In this document: piece after piece, positions 20,281 to 32,480 of the stretch
How the letters are laid out: each line of letters starts with the position of its first letter
Numbering within the stretch: position 1 is the first letter of the stretch
Assembly (NCBI GenBank): GCA_027021705.1
Contig: JALUTT010000085.1
Location: forward strand, 1 to 64,000
DNA: 64,000 bases
From: Anaerolineae bacterium
Lineage (GTDB): Bacteria > Chloroflexota > Anaerolineae > S140-20
Direction of reading: 5' to 3'
The notes under the pieces: model-generated
Database searches by the model: none
The model's input: only the letters and a program-made list of their open reading frames with translations
What the model was told of the DNA's origin: nothing
Program-made: the position numbers and the translations under genes

Positions 20281-21864
20281 TTAGTCCGCTCCTGTCTCCA
20301 TCCACCGGCCCTGCAGGGCCGCCTGGATCAGGTTCAGCGCCTCCAGTCGGCTGTCTATATCGGCTTTCAGCTCCTCGAAGACCTCCTCGGAGATCATCCC
20401 CCGACGCAGTGCGTCGCTCAGCGCCCCCCGCTCCGCCCGGAGCGCCTCCCGCCGGGCCTGGATCAGCATCTCCCGCTCCAGGCTAGCGTGCTCGTAGAAG
20501 AGCCGGTTCAGGTCCTGAGCCAGCCGGTGCCGGACCTGCTGGTACTCCTCTCGCAATCCAAACCACATCTCGTCGGTCAGCAGCCCCTCGTCGTGCAGTT
20601 GCTCCAGTTGGCGCAGGCCGGCTCGGGTGGCGAAGAGGCGTCCCAGCCGTCGCTCTTGGGCGACCCGGTAGGGGGGACGTTCGATCAGCCCCCATCGCCT
20701 GAGCAAGAAGCGGATCGTCGTACCCTGGGCCAGCAGGGTGAAGAGAACCACGCCGAAAGCCATGGACTCCAATGTCTCCCGCTGGGCGAGGGTCACCGGC
20801 AGGCTCAAGGCCAGCGCCAGGCTGATGGCCCCGCGCAGCCCTCCCCAGAAGAGCACGTGTCGCCACACCAGGGGGAGGTGCGGACGCTCCCGGCCCAGGT
20901 GGGCGATCCAGGCGAGGCCATAGACGACGACCGCCCGCCCGATCAGCACGGCGACCACGGCGATGGCGATGGGCTGAATGTTCAACCACAGATGCTGCAG
21001 GTCCACGTTCAAGCCGATGAGCAGGAAGACCAGAGAGTTGGCCAGAAAGGCCAGGTACTCCCACAGGTTGAAGAGCATCACTTTGCTCGTCGGCGAGGTA
21101 TTGGCCAGGCCCAGGTTGCCGCTGAGAAGGCCGGCCACGACGACAGCCAGGACGCCGCTGACGTGCATCCGCTCCGCGGTCAGGTAGGCACCATAGGCCA
21201 GAAGCGTGGTCAGGGTAGAGACGATGAGGCGGTCGTCAATGCGGGCAATGAGCTGGGCAACCATCCAGCCCAGGATCAGCCCGACAGCGACACCGCCCAG
21301 CGCAACCCGGAGGAAGTCCACCAGACCGGCGAGGGGATCGAAGAACCCTGACATCGCAGCGGCCAGGGCGATCTGGAAGACCACGATGGCCGTACCGTCG
21401 TTGAAGAGGCTCTCGCCTTCCACCACGACGGCCAGCCGATGGGGGACCCCCAGAGCGCGGAAGAGAGCGACGACCGCTACCGGATCGGTGGCGGCGATGA
21501 GAGCTCCGAAGACGGCGGTGGTGGTGAGAGGAAGGCCCGTCCCCAGGCTGACGAGGCCGCCGATGAGGAGGGTGGAGAGGAGGACACCGGGCACAGCCAG
21601 GGTGAGGACCGGTGTAATGCTGCTGCGCAGCAATCGGAAATCGAGATGGAAGGCCGCTTCAAAGATGAGCGGCGGGACGAAGATGAAGAGGATTAACTCC
21701 GGCGTCACCTCGATAGCGAAGGGCTGGAGGATGGCAATAACCAGCCCCACCAGCACCAGGCTCACCGTGTAAGGTAGACGCAACCGCCCCGCAACGATGG
21801 CTACCAGCGTCGCGATGGCGATCAGCAGGAGGAAGAGGGATTGGGCAACCAGGAAGGATTCCAT
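20281..21864 (-). CDS. CPA1 (NhaP-type) Na+/H+ antiporter
   Basis: AATDPVAV, EGESLFNDG, WGGLRGAIS; likely start MESFL at 21864. Confidence 0.92.
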   Translation of the reverse strand: MESFLVAQSLFLLLIAIATLVAIVAGRLRLPYTVSLVLVGLVIAILQPFAIEVTPELILFIFVPPLIFEAAFHLDFRLLRSSITPVLTLAVPGVLLSTLLIGGLVSLGTGLPLTTTAVFGALIAATDPVAVVALFRALGVPHRLAVVVEGESLFNDGTAIVVFQIALAAAMSGFFDPLAGLVDFLRVALGGVAVGLILGWMVAQLIARIDDRLIVSTLTTLLAYGAYLTAERMHVSGVLAVVVAGLLSGNLGLANTSPTSKVMLFNLWEYLAFLANSLVFLLIGLNVDLQHLWLNIQPIAIAVVAVLIGRAVVVYGLAWIAHLGRERPHLPLVWRHVLFWGGLRGAISLALALSLPVTLAQRETLESMAFGVVLFTLLAQGTTIRFLLRRWGLIERPPYRVAQERRLGRLFATRAGLRQLEQLHDEGLLTDEMWFGLREEYQQVRHRLAQDLNRLFYEHASLEREMLIQARREALRAERGALSDALRRGMISEEVFEELKADIDSRLEALNLIQAALQGRWMETGAD

Positions 21865-22170
21865 AGGGAGAGCAAATTGCGAATTGCAGATTGTAGATTG
21901 TGGATTGCAGCGAGTCTCCAGCGGCGAGGCGCAGAGATTATACCATAGCAACCCATAGTTGTCCACAGCGTTTGAATCATCGAAACGCTGAGGCCAGTGA
22001 GAATGCTGAAGGGCCGAGCCCTGGCCCGGGCCGGGCCGGGGACGTCGCACGGCAGCGCTGCCGGCCCCTCAATGGACTCACTCCGTTCAGCTCCTCAGGG
22101 GTTCAAGAACTCCGGAATCCCGGAAGCGCTGAGGCTGGTAAGGGTGCCGAGGAACCGGCACTACCGGCCC

Positions 22171-23190
22171 TCAAAGTTGGGCACCGGAGAAGCGCAGGCG
22201 GTAGAGGAGCAGGGGATCGGTCAGGCCGCGGACCGGGGTGCGAAAGTCCTCGACTGCGTGGGCGGCGAGCAGGGAGAGGGCTGCCGGGTCGGCAAGGATC
22301 GCCTCGGTGAAGACCGTCTCCCAGCTTCGGGCCAAGGCGCTGACGCGGGCGGCCACGTTGACCGTGGTGCCGAAGTAGTCTAGCCGGTCGTTCAGGGTGA
22401 CGACGATGGCCGGCCCCTGGTGTAGACCGATCTTCAGGGCAAGCCGCTGATCGCCCCGCAGAGCGTGGTGGCGGTTGAAGTCGGCCAGGGCACGGTGGGC
22501 AGCCAGGGCGGCCCGCAGGGCCTGCTCGCCATCGAGGAAGACGGCCATCACGCCGTCGCCCATCGTCTTGACCACCACCCCCTGGGCCTGGTGGACGGCG
22601 TCGAAGACCTGGTCGAAGTGCTCGCGCACCAGGTGGTAGGCCAGGGGATCCCCCTGGCGGGCATACAGGGCGGTGCTGCCCGTCAGGTCGGAGAACCAGA
22701 TGACCAGCCGTTGTACCTCCAGGTACTCACCGGCGGGGAGGGGCTCATCCCGAGCCCAATCCCGGAACGCCTGAACGGTCATCAGCTCGTGCACGGTGGT
22801 AGGGGGAAAGCGCCGGCGCATCGCCTCTCGGAAGGAGGGATCGTCGGCAGCCGGACCGAGGACCCGCCGTTGTGGGTGAGGAGAGAAAGTGACCTGGACT
22901 TCGTGGTCCAGGTGCAGCGGGAAGGTCGTCTGGCAGGCGGGGCACGTGTAATCGTGGCGGGCGTGGGCAAACCCGCCGGACGCCTCCTGGATGTGGCCGC
23001 AAGCAGGACAGTGAACCTCCCAGTGCAAGACCACATCCCCCTGGAAGAGGGCTTCGACCAGGGTTTCCAGCGTCAGGCGCGGGGGAAGGCGTAGCGCGTG
23101 GGCGATCTGGTGGGGAAGGGCGTGGAAAAGAGCACGCTCCTCGGCCCGTTGCAGGTGGCGGCGTAGGAGTGAGAGCGGTGAATCAGACAT
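22171..23190 (-). CDS. class III adenylate/guanylate cyclase with N-terminal zinc ribbon (DUF5939-like)
   Basis: CPAC...CPAC; FSDLTGST, KTMGDGVMA, DYFGTTVNVAAR. Confidence 0.85.
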   Translation of the reverse strand: MSDSPLSLLRRHLQRAEERALFHALPHQIAHALRLPPRLTLETLVEALFQGDVVLHWEVHCPACGHIQEASGGFAHARHDYTCPACQTTFPLHLDHEVQVTFSPHPQRRVLGPAADDPSFREAMRRRFPPTTVHELMTVQAFRDWARDEPLPAGEYLEVQRLVIWFSDLTGSTALYARQGDPLAYHLVREHFDQVFDAVHQAQGVVVKTMGDGVMAVFLDGEQALRAALAAHRALADFNRHHALRGDQRLALKIGLHQGPAIVVTLNDRLDYFGTTVNVAARVSALARSWETVFTEAILADPAALSLLAAHAVEDFRTPVRGLTDPLLLYRLRFSGAQL

Positions 23191-23207
23191 CACGGTCTCG
23201 GGTTGCT

Positions 23208-23447
23208 TCAGGTCATGGAACGCAAGACGGCAAGCAGGGCCTCAAACTCTTCGCGACAATCCGGGCAACGGTCCAGGTGGTCTTGGACCAGGGGCATGGC
23301 CTCCGCAGCGTTTTTACCGGCCAGCTTCAGCTCGACGAAGCGGTCCAATTGTTCAAAACACTCGTCGCAGCCGATCTCGTCAGGGCGAGTGGCCAGCACA
23401 CTGCGGACAATCCGTTTCAGGGTGGTCGGTTCCAGCACCATTGTCAT
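23208..23447 (-). CDS. small zinc-finger anti-sigma (zf-HC2-like)
   Basis: C..C plus HLDRCPDC; downstream of ECF sigma. Confidence 0.8.
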   Translation of the reverse strand: MTMVLEPTTLKRIVRSVLATRPDEIGCDECFEQLDRFVELKLAGKNAAEAMPLVQDHLDRCPDCREEFEALLAVLRSMT

Positions 23448-23522
23448 CCTCTATGTCTGTAGACGCCCCGGAGTCAGGCTTTCTTACCCCAGTCTCGCCC
23501 CCCCCGGTCTCCCTCCTCCTCG

Positions 23523-24146
23523 CTACTCCTCAAAGGCCGCCAGGACCTCCTGAGGGGTCAACCCCTCGGCCAGGAGGCGCTTCTTGAGGTGTTGACGGGC
23601 GTCGTGCAGGAGCTTGTAGAGGGCGTTGCGGTTGGTGCCCATCCGGCGGGCGACTTCTTCCAGCGGCATTCCCCCCATCATCACAGCGGTCATCGCCTGG
23701 CGCTGACGTTCGGTCAGCTCCTCGGCGATGATCCGTTGGATGGTCTCCAGCATCAAACGCTGGGTGGTCCGGCGCTCAGGGCCGGCGGTGTGGTTGGTGA
23801 GGGCCGCAGGGGTGAAATCCCCGGCATCGTAGCGGGCGATGAGGTCCTGAAGGGAGACCTCCTGCCAGCGCCGACGGCGCAGCTCGGTGAAGGCGACGCG
23901 GACGGCGATCTTGTGGGCCCAGGTGGTGAAGCGACCCTCCCCCCGGAAGGTGTGCAGGTTGTCCAGAATCCTCAAGAGGGCGTTCTGGGCGAAGTCCTCC
24001 AGGTCATCTTCGGTCACGTTGAAGCGGTCGGCCAGGGCGTAGCGGAGGCCGCGCACCAGGAGGGTCCGCAGCTTGGCCAGGGCCTCATCGGGCTCCGGGC
24101 TGCGCAGGGCATCCAGCCATTCCTGGTTCGACCGTTCTTCCGTCAC
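23523..24146 (-). CDS. ECF sigma factor
   Basis: FRGEGRFTTWAHKIA; region 4 NRNALYKLLHDAR. Confidence 0.9.
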   Translation of the reverse strand: MTEERSNQEWLDALRSPEPDEALAKLRTLLVRGLRYALADRFNVTEDDLEDFAQNALLRILDNLHTFRGEGRFTTWAHKIAVRVAFTELRRRRWQEVSLQDLIARYDAGDFTPAALTNHTAGPERRTTQRLMLETIQRIIAEELTERQRQAMTAVMMGGMPLEEVARRMGTNRNALYKLLHDARQHLKKRLLAEGLTPQEVLAAFEE

Positions 24147-24330
24147 GTCTCACGCCTCGGGAGGCAGGGAGCAGAGAGCGACTGAGAGGCCGGACGACGG
24201 CTGACCCGCCAACCGCCGACCGAGGATGGGCACCGAGGGGGGAGGGATGAGGCACCGAGTCACCATACAACCGCCGACGGCCAACGACCGGGCACCCGAC
24301 CACCTGACCAAGCGACCACCCGACCTCCCT

Positions 24331-25794
24331 TCACAGGCCGGCGAGGAGGCCCATCACCGACTGGACCGACCGGCCGGCCATCTCCAGCCAGGGGGCCGGC
24401 CAGAGACCCAGGCCCAGGACGCCCAGGGCGGCGACGACGAGGGCGACGGCCAGGGCGGGGGCGATCTGCTGGGGCAGCGGGCGCAGGGGCTCGTCGAAGT
24501 AGACGCGCACCACGGGGTGCAGGTAGTAGAAGGCGGAGATGACGCTGGTGAGGACGCCGACGATGGCGAGCCAGTAGAGGCCGGCCCCGATGGCCGCTCC
24601 GAAGAGGACGTACTTGCCCACGAAGCCGCTGGTCGGCGGGATGCCGGTCAGGGAGAGCATGAAGAGGGTGAAGGCGGCCGCCAGGCCGGGCTGCCGGCGG
24701 GCCAGGCCCGCGTACTGGTCGAAGCTGAGGTCCTCGCCCTCCTTGCGGGCCATCGCGGTGACGACGGCGAAGGCGCCCACGTTGGTGAAGGCGTAGCTGA
24801 GCAGGTAGAAGAGGGCGGCCGACAGCCCCTGCCCGTTGTGGGCCGCCAGGCCCATCAGGATGTAGCCGGCGTGGGCGATGCTGGAGTAGGCGAGCATCCG
24901 TTTGATGTTCTGCTGGGCCACGGCGACGACGTTGCCCAGGATCATCGTCAGGGCGGCGATGAGGGCCAGGGCCGGCGCCCATTGGCCGCTCAAGCCGGGC
25001 AGGGCGAAGAGGAAGATCCGCAGCAGGGCGGCGAAGCCCCCCGCCTTGGCCCCCACCGACATGAAGCCCACGACGGGCGTCGGTGCGCCCTCGTAGACGT
25101 CGGGGGTCCACATATGGAAGGGGACGGCGGCGACCTTGAAGCCGAAGCCGACGAGGAGCAGCGCTACGCCGGCCAGCAGCAAGGGGTGGGGGGAGCCCTG
25201 ACCAAGGGCCACGGCGATCTCGGAGAGGCCGGTCGTGCCCGTCGCCCCGTAGGTGAGGGCGATCCCGTAGACCAGGAAGGCCGAGGAGAAGGCGCCCAGC
25301 AGGAAGTACTTCAGCGCCGACTCCTCGGAGGCCGGGTCGGGGCGGGCGAGGCCCGACAGGATGTAGAGGGGGATGCTGAGCAGTTCCAGGGCGATGAGGA
25401 CGACGATGAGGTCGGCGGCTGCGCCCATCAGCATCATCCCGCTGGTGGTGAAGAGGAGCAGGCTGTAGTACTCGCCCCGCTCGATCCCCCGGTCCTTCAG
25501 GTAGCGCAAGGAGACAGGCACGCTGAGGGCCAGGGCGACGATGAAGACCAGGTCCAGGAAGAGGGCGTAAGGGTCTAGGATGACCATGCCCTGGAAGCCG
25601 GTCAGGGGACGGTTCCAGAGGGCCAGGACGGCGACCAGAGCACCGGCCGGCCCCAGCAGGCTCAGCCAAGCCGTCGTCGTCTTGCGCTCCGGCGGGATGA
25701 GGAGGTCCACCAGGAGCAGGATCATCCCCCAGCCGGCCAGGATCAGCGGGGGCAGGATGGCGAGAAAATCGTCAGCGCGTATGGGGATCGGCAT
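24331..25794 (-). CDS. nuoN: NADH-quinone oxidoreductase subunit N
   Basis: ALKYFLLG, FKVAAVPFHMWTPDVYEGAP, KRMLAYSSIAH. Confidence 0.95.
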   Translation of the reverse strand: MPIPIRADDFLAILPPLILAGWGMILLLVDLLIPPERKTTTAWLSLLGPAGALVAVLALWNRPLTGFQGMVILDPYALFLDLVFIVALALSVPVSLRYLKDRGIERGEYYSLLLFTTSGMMLMGAAADLIVVLIALELLSIPLYILSGLARPDPASEESALKYFLLGAFSSAFLVYGIALTYGATGTTGLSEIAVALGQGSPHPLLLAGVALLLVGFGFKVAAVPFHMWTPDVYEGAPTPVVGFMSVGAKAGGFAALLRIFLFALPGLSGQWAPALALIAALTMILGNVVAVAQQNIKRMLAYSSIAHAGYILMGLAAHNGQGLSAALFYLLSYAFTNVGAFAVVTAMARKEGEDLSFDQYAGLARRQPGLAAAFTLFMLSLTGIPPTSGFVGKYVLFGAAIGAGLYWLAIVGVLTSVISAFYYLHPVVRVYFDEPLRPLPQQIAPALAVALVVAALGVLGLGLWPAPWLEMAGRSVQSVMGLLAGL

Positions 25795-25810
25795 CGTCGT
25801 GCTCCAGTTG

Positions 25811-25945
25811 TCATCTGTCGGCTGCTTCAACGATGGTTTCTATCGTCGCCACAAACCTCTCTGCGATGGTAACGGCATCATGGCCGACCTGACGAAGCAA
25901 GTCGGCCACCTCAATCGGCAGATTCTCGTCAATCTTGAAATCCAT
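25811..25945 (-). pseudogene. truncated DUF5615/PIN-like toxin (44 aa remnant)
   Basis: MDFKIDENLPIEVADLLRQVGHDAVTI then stop; directly downstream of DUF433 gene. Confidence 0.7.
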
Positions 25946-25953
25946 CGCGTTTT

Positions 25954-26211
<258 letters not shown>

Positions 26212-26383
26212 TTACACCGCAATTATACCGCGTTTCTCCCGCGCTGGCTAACGATCGGCGCGCGAGCCGCCGCCCAACACAAGCCCAGCCCATTGGACTT
26301 GTACATCATCCCTAACCTTGACTCCAGATTTGCCGGATGAACATGCCTCGCATCGTGTAATCGGCGCGAGAGATCGCATCGTC

Positions 26384-27793
26384 TCACACACGCCTGAAAT
26401 TCACAGTGAAGTTCCTCCCCCCACCATATTGCTCAACAAATGCAAAGCCCTGCTGCTCGGCCAGAGAGCAGACAACCGAAAGCGGGAGGGCATCGGGATC
26501 CCCCGGCTGTTCGGTAACGGAAAGAAGCCCCAAGGGCCGGAGAGCCTGATGAAGAGCGCGAAGACACGCCGAAGGATCCGACACCTCACCTAAGACTGCG
26601 ACGAGAAAGGCCACGTCAAAGCTCCTCCCCCTGAAGGGCAAGGTGGTGGCATCTCCCTGGATGAAGCCCACGTTGCGCAATCCGGCAGTGGCGATTTTCT
26701 GACGCGCCTTTTCGAGCATCGCTCCCTGCACGTCGAACAGCACCAAGTGCCCCTGCGAGATGCGTCGTGCCACCTCGACGCTAAAGTACCCCGGCCCCGG
26801 CCCTACCTCGAGCACGTGCGAATCCTCTTCGAGGTGGAGCCGATCAGCCAGTCTCTCGGGAGAGAGGATAAGCCGACGCAAGGCCGAATCTAGGATGAAC
26901 GAAAGCTGATACGGACAGACACCCTTACCGAAAAAGCGCTTTACAACGTTTCCCCACTCTCTGAAACTTCCTTTTGGCCAGGCGAGGGTCTTGGGCCCCC
27001 AAATAACCACCACGATGACCGAGAGGGCGGTGACCAAGACGAGGCTGTATGCTCTGGCCTGCGCCGTCAAGGGCATCAGTTCGCCTGTGAAATTCGCCAT
27101 GAAGTGGAAAAGAATGGCGGATAACGTGCTGCGGCCGGTGTTGTTGTAGATCCACGTGAACAGGATCGAGGTGATCACCGGACCGGAGAGAAATGACCAG
27201 AAATCGGGAGAGCCGAACTTCAATACGTCATGCTGGAAGGTGCCGTGCATGAAAAACAGGGGGAGATGCCACAAGGACCACACTACCCCCAGGATGAGGC
27301 TTGATGCGAGTGCGCTGTATCCGGCTTGCAGCCCGTCTAGTCCATAGCCACGCCAGCCGAGCTCTTCCGGTAGCGGGCCAAAGACCAGGATGAAAGCAGC
27401 AAAGGGGAGAATTCTCCACGGCTGAGACAGCAGGTCTCTGGCCGTGTCGAACCCAGGCGCCGGCGAACCGGCGAGCATATCGAGCAGAATGGCGAGTCCA
27501 TTTACAGCAGGAAAGATGAGCCAGATGGCTAGGTGCCACCTCTTGCTAATCCGTTTGATGTCAAAGACCCGCTGCCAGTAATCGCGCCATTGTTCTCGAT
27601 CATGAGCGCGAAAGATCAGGACAATTTCGGCGAGGGCCGGCCCGAAGAGCCCCAAAGCACCAAAAAGCACCGCCGGAAAGGTCCAGACGTTCCAGCGAAG
27701 CAGGATAACCCACACCCAGAAAAACCAGGAGATACCCAGCGCGAGGATGAAGAACCGCCACGGATTCGCCGTCTTCGACGTTTCTAGGTTCAT
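26384..27793 (-). CDS. CPBP (CAAX/Abi) intramembrane protease fused to class I SAM methyltransferase
   Basis: EELGWRG, WSLWHLP, HFMAN; C-terminal VLEVGPGPG, GDATTLPF; lower GC than flanks. Confidence 0.82.
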   Translation of the reverse strand: MNLETSKTANPWRFFILALGISWFFWVWVILLRWNVWTFPAVLFGALGLFGPALAEIVLIFRAHDREQWRDYWQRVFDIKRISKRWHLAIWLIFPAVNGLAILLDMLAGSPAPGFDTARDLLSQPWRILPFAAFILVFGPLPEELGWRGYGLDGLQAGYSALASSLILGVVWSLWHLPLFFMHGTFQHDVLKFGSPDFWSFLSGPVITSILFTWIYNNTGRSTLSAILFHFMANFTGELMPLTAQARAYSLVLVTALSVIVVVIWGPKTLAWPKGSFREWGNVVKRFFGKGVCPYQLSFILDSALRRLILSPERLADRLHLEEDSHVLEVGPGPGYFSVEVARRISQGHLVLFDVQGAMLEKARQKIATAGLRNVGFIQGDATTLPFRGRSFDVAFLVAVLGEVSDPSACLRALHQALRPLGLLSVTEQPGDPDALPLSVVCSLAEQQGFAFVEQYGGGRNFTVNFRRV

Positions 27794-27857
27794 CTCGTGG
27801 GGCCTTTTCCAGACTTACCCTGCATCGGCGCGGGCACTCGCCAACGAGAGTGAAACT

Positions 27858-27917
27858 TCATCTCGGTACCCCTTTGAAATTCCGATCGGGGAAAGCAAAG
27901 TAACGGGTGGTCTTCAC
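27858..27917 (-). pseudogene. possible internally deleted small TA-toxin remnant
   Basis: GTG-KTTRYF joined to AFPDRNFK, overlapping an MKFH start; resembles the two ends of a small protein usually paired with DUF2283 (from memory). Confidence 0.4.
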
Positions 27918-27961
27918 AGCAATCTCGCCTCTGCCCAGCGATGGAGCAGTCTCACTCCGGG

Positions 27962-29467
<1,506 letters not shown>

Positions 29468-29489
29468 CCTCTCGCTCCTTGGGATGCGG

Positions 29490-31475
29490 CTATGCGGACA
29501 GCAAGAACCAGGCGACGATGGCGACGACGCCGACCATCACCGCCAGGGCGTATTGGCGGACGTAACCGGTCTGCAGGCGGCGCAGTTGTCCGGCCGTCCG
29601 CCGGACCAGCCGGGCGACGCCGTTGACCGTTCCATCTATGACGCCGGCCTCCACAGGTCGGGCCAGGAAGGCGGCCAAAGCGTAGAAGCCCTGGACGAAG
29701 ACCCGGTGGTAGCTCCGGTCCACGTACCAGGCGTTGTAGGCACCGACGAAGAGGCCCCGGGCCGTTTGGAGAAGCGGGTCGGGATCGGTGGTCGCCCGGA
29801 GACGATCCCGGTAGATCCGGTAGGCCAGGCCCAGGGCGATGAGGGCCAGCACCGTCGAGGTGAGGGCGACGGTGGGGTTGAAGGGCGCGGTGTGGTGCCG
29901 GATGAAGTCGGCGAAGGGGTGCGGTCCGGGAAAGTTGATCAGCCCGGCCACCACGGAGCCCAAGGCCAGGAGGATCAGGGGGACCGTCATCACCGGGCCG
30001 CTCTCCTCGGCGTGGGCGGCCGCCTCGGTGCGGGGCCGTCCGAAGAAGATGAGCCAGAGCTGCCGGCCCATGTAGAAGGCAGTGAAGAAGGCGGCCACCG
30101 TCAGGACCAGCCAGATGGCCGGGTTGCGCTCCAAGGCGTCGGCCAGGATCTCGTCCTTGGAGAAGAATCCGGCCAGGGGGGGCAGGCCGGCCAGGGCCAA
30201 GGCCCCGATGGTGTAGGTCCAGAAGGTGAGGGGCTGGCGCTCCCGCAGACCGCCCATATTGCGTATGTCCTGGGGATCGTGGGGGTCGGGCGGCGGCAGG
30301 GGAGAGGCCGACGCGGGGGAGGCCTCAGCCCCTTGGGAGGCCGCCGAAGCGTGCATCCCGTGCTGAAGGCCGTGGATGACGGAGCCGGCGGCCAGGAAGA
30401 GCAGCGCCTTGAAGAAGGCGTGGGTGACCAGGTGGAACATGCCGGCGGTGTAGCCGCCCAGCCCCACGGCAGCCATCATAAAGCCCAACTGGCTGATGGT
30501 CGAGTAGGCGAGGACCCGCTTGATGTCGAACTGGCCCACGGCGATGGTGGCGGCCAGGAGGGCGGTGAGGGCACCCACCCAGGCGACGAGGCCGCTGCTG
30601 AGGGGAGCCATCTCGTAGAGGACGGCGCTGCGGGTGACCATGTAGACGCCGGCCGTCACCATCGTCGCGGCGTGGATGAGGGCGGAGACGGGGGTCGGGC
30701 CGGCCATCGCGTCGGGCAACCAGACGTAGAGGGGGATCTGGGCCGACTTGCCGACGGCCCCGACGAAGAGGAGCAGCGTGATGATGGTCACCACATCCCG
30801 CATCGGCAGGGTGAGGCCGGCCAGGGCGACGGTCGCGCTCTGCTCGGCCATCTCGAAGATGGGGCCGAACTCCAGGGTGCCGAAGGTGACGAAGAGCAGG
30901 AAGAGGCCCAGGAGGAAGCCGAAATCCCCGATGCGGTTGACGACGAAGGCCTTGCGGGCGGCGGCGGCTTTGGAGAGGTCCTCAAACCAGAAGCCGATGA
31001 GCAGGTAGGAGCAGAGCCCCACCAGCTCCCAGCCGATGAAGAGGACCAGGTAGTTGTTCCCCATCACCAGCACGAGCATAGAGGCCAGGAAGAGGTTCAT
31101 GTAGACGAAGAAGCGCTGGAAGCGGGGATCGCCGTGCATGTAGCCGACGGCGTAGATGTGGATGATGGTGCCGACGCCGGTGACGACGAGCATCATCGTC
31201 ACCGAGAGGGGGTCGAGGCGCAGGGCGAAGGGGACCTGGAGCGCTCCGGCCGAGATCCAAGGGTAGAGGGTGCGCTCGACCAGGCGGGCCTCCGGTGGCC
31301 GCCCCAGCAGGGCGGCGAAGACAAGCAGGGAGACGACGAGGGCCGCGCCGGAGGCGAGACAGGCCACCCAGGCTACCCCCCGCTCTCGCCAGCGGTCCCC
31401 CAGGAAGGCGTTGAGCAGCAGGCCGATGATAGGGAAGAGAATGACCAGGAATGCGTAATCGAGGACGGCATCCAT
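29490..31475 (-). CDS. nuoL: NADH-quinone oxidoreductase subunit L
   Basis: GKSAQIPLYVWLPDAMAGPTPVSALIHAATMV. Confidence 0.95.
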   Translation of the reverse strand: MDAVLDYAFLVILFPIIGLLLNAFLGDRWRERGVAWVACLASGAALVVSLLVFAALLGRPPEARLVERTLYPWISAGALQVPFALRLDPLSVTMMLVVTGVGTIIHIYAVGYMHGDPRFQRFFVYMNLFLASMLVLVMGNNYLVLFIGWELVGLCSYLLIGFWFEDLSKAAAARKAFVVNRIGDFGFLLGLFLLFVTFGTLEFGPIFEMAEQSATVALAGLTLPMRDVVTIITLLLFVGAVGKSAQIPLYVWLPDAMAGPTPVSALIHAATMVTAGVYMVTRSAVLYEMAPLSSGLVAWVGALTALLAATIAVGQFDIKRVLAYSTISQLGFMMAAVGLGGYTAGMFHLVTHAFFKALLFLAAGSVIHGLQHGMHASAASQGAEASPASASPLPPPDPHDPQDIRNMGGLRERQPLTFWTYTIGALALAGLPPLAGFFSKDEILADALERNPAIWLVLTVAAFFTAFYMGRQLWLIFFGRPRTEAAAHAEESGPVMTVPLILLALGSVVAGLINFPGPHPFADFIRHHTAPFNPTVALTSTVLALIALGLAYRIYRDRLRATTDPDPLLQTARGLFVGAYNAWYVDRSYHRVFVQGFYALAAFLARPVEAGVIDGTVNGVARLVRRTAGQLRRLQTGYVRQYALAVMVGVVAIVAWFLLSA

Positions 31476-31628
31476 AAGATTGCGCTCCCGATGGGCAGAT
31501 TGCCGGATCAGACGTCAACCAGGGTCGAGATGCCCACGACTTCCACGACGCGGATGCCCGACCGGGGGAGGCGGCGCGGACCGCGCCACGCCCGGGGCAG
31601 GCGGTCGGTGGACGAGGTGGACACGGAC

Positions 31629-31931
31629 TCAGCCGGACAGGGTGCTGACCTGGTCCACATCAATGCTGTGCTTGGTGCGGAAGATGACGACGATGAGGGC
31701 CAGGCCGATGGCGACCTCGGCAGCCGCGACGGTCAGGACGAAAAAGACGAGCACTTGCCCTTCGAGCCGGTTGAAGTAGCGGGCGAAGGCGATGAAGGCC
31801 AGGTTGGCCGCGTTCAGCATCAGCTCCACCGACATGAAGATCAAGATGGCATTGCGGCGCACGAGGAAGCCAACGGCTCCCAGGGTGAAGAGAATTGCAC
31901 TTAGGATGATGTAGTAGGGTACAGGGACCAT
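31629..31931 (-). CDS. nuoK: NADH-quinone oxidoreductase subunit K
   Basis: [20 protein letters not shown]. Confidence 0.95.
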   Translation of the reverse strand: MVPVPYYIILSAILFTLGAVGFLVRRNAILIFMSVELMLNAANLAFIAFARYFNRLEGQVLVFFVLTVAAAEVAIGLALIVVIFRTKHSIDVDQVSTLSG

Positions 31932-31948
31932 CGTCTTACCACTGGTGA

Positions 31949-32446
31949 TCAATCTTTGGTCAGGACCAAGACGCCGATCATCGCGACCAGGAGGAGCACG
32001 GAGGTCAGCTCGAAGGGAAACAGGTAGCGGCTGAAGAGGAGCTGACCGACCGCCTGAGGAGTGCCCTCTTGGGTCAGGGCCGGCATCGCCGCCAGCGCCC
32101 GGGCCGAAGGGCTGAGGAGCAGGTAGACGATCTCGACGAGGAGCGCTCCTGCCAGCAGAAGGGCCAGAGGCCGCTGGAAGGCAAACCGCTCCTCTCCGCC
32201 CAGCCGTTCGGCCCCCAACAGCATGATCACGAAGAGGAAGAGGACCATGATGGCGCCGGCGTAGACGGTGATCTGCACCATTGCGATGAAGGGCGCGGCC
32301 AGCGTCAGGAAGAAGAGGGCAATGGTGACGAAGTTGACCACCAGCCAGAGGGCCGCGTGGACGGCGTTGCGGCTGGTCAGCATCGCCACAGCACTGCCGA
32401 CGGCGATGAGCGCGTGGAGGAAGAAGAGCACCGTTGGAAGGTCCAT
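31949..32446 (-). CDS. nuoJ: NADH-quinone oxidoreductase subunit J
   Basis: [30 protein letters not shown]. Confidence 0.95.
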   Translation of the reverse strand: MDLPTVLFFLHALIAVGSAVAMLTSRNAVHAALWLVVNFVTIALFFLTLAAPFIAMVQITVYAGAIMVLFLFVIMLLGAERLGGEERFAFQRPLALLLAGALLVEIVYLLLSPSARALAAMPALTQEGTPQAVGQLLFSRYLFPFELTSVLLLVAMIGVLVLTKD

Positions 32447-32480
32447 AGCAGGTTCCCCGGAATCGCGGACTGGTGGGTCC

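Noticed and set aside
26235..26290. attC-like 3' arm (…gcgccgatcgttagcc on minus strand) suggesting an integron cassette origin
   Set aside because: I could not identify a matching R''/L'' arm, and no integrase is present in the window.
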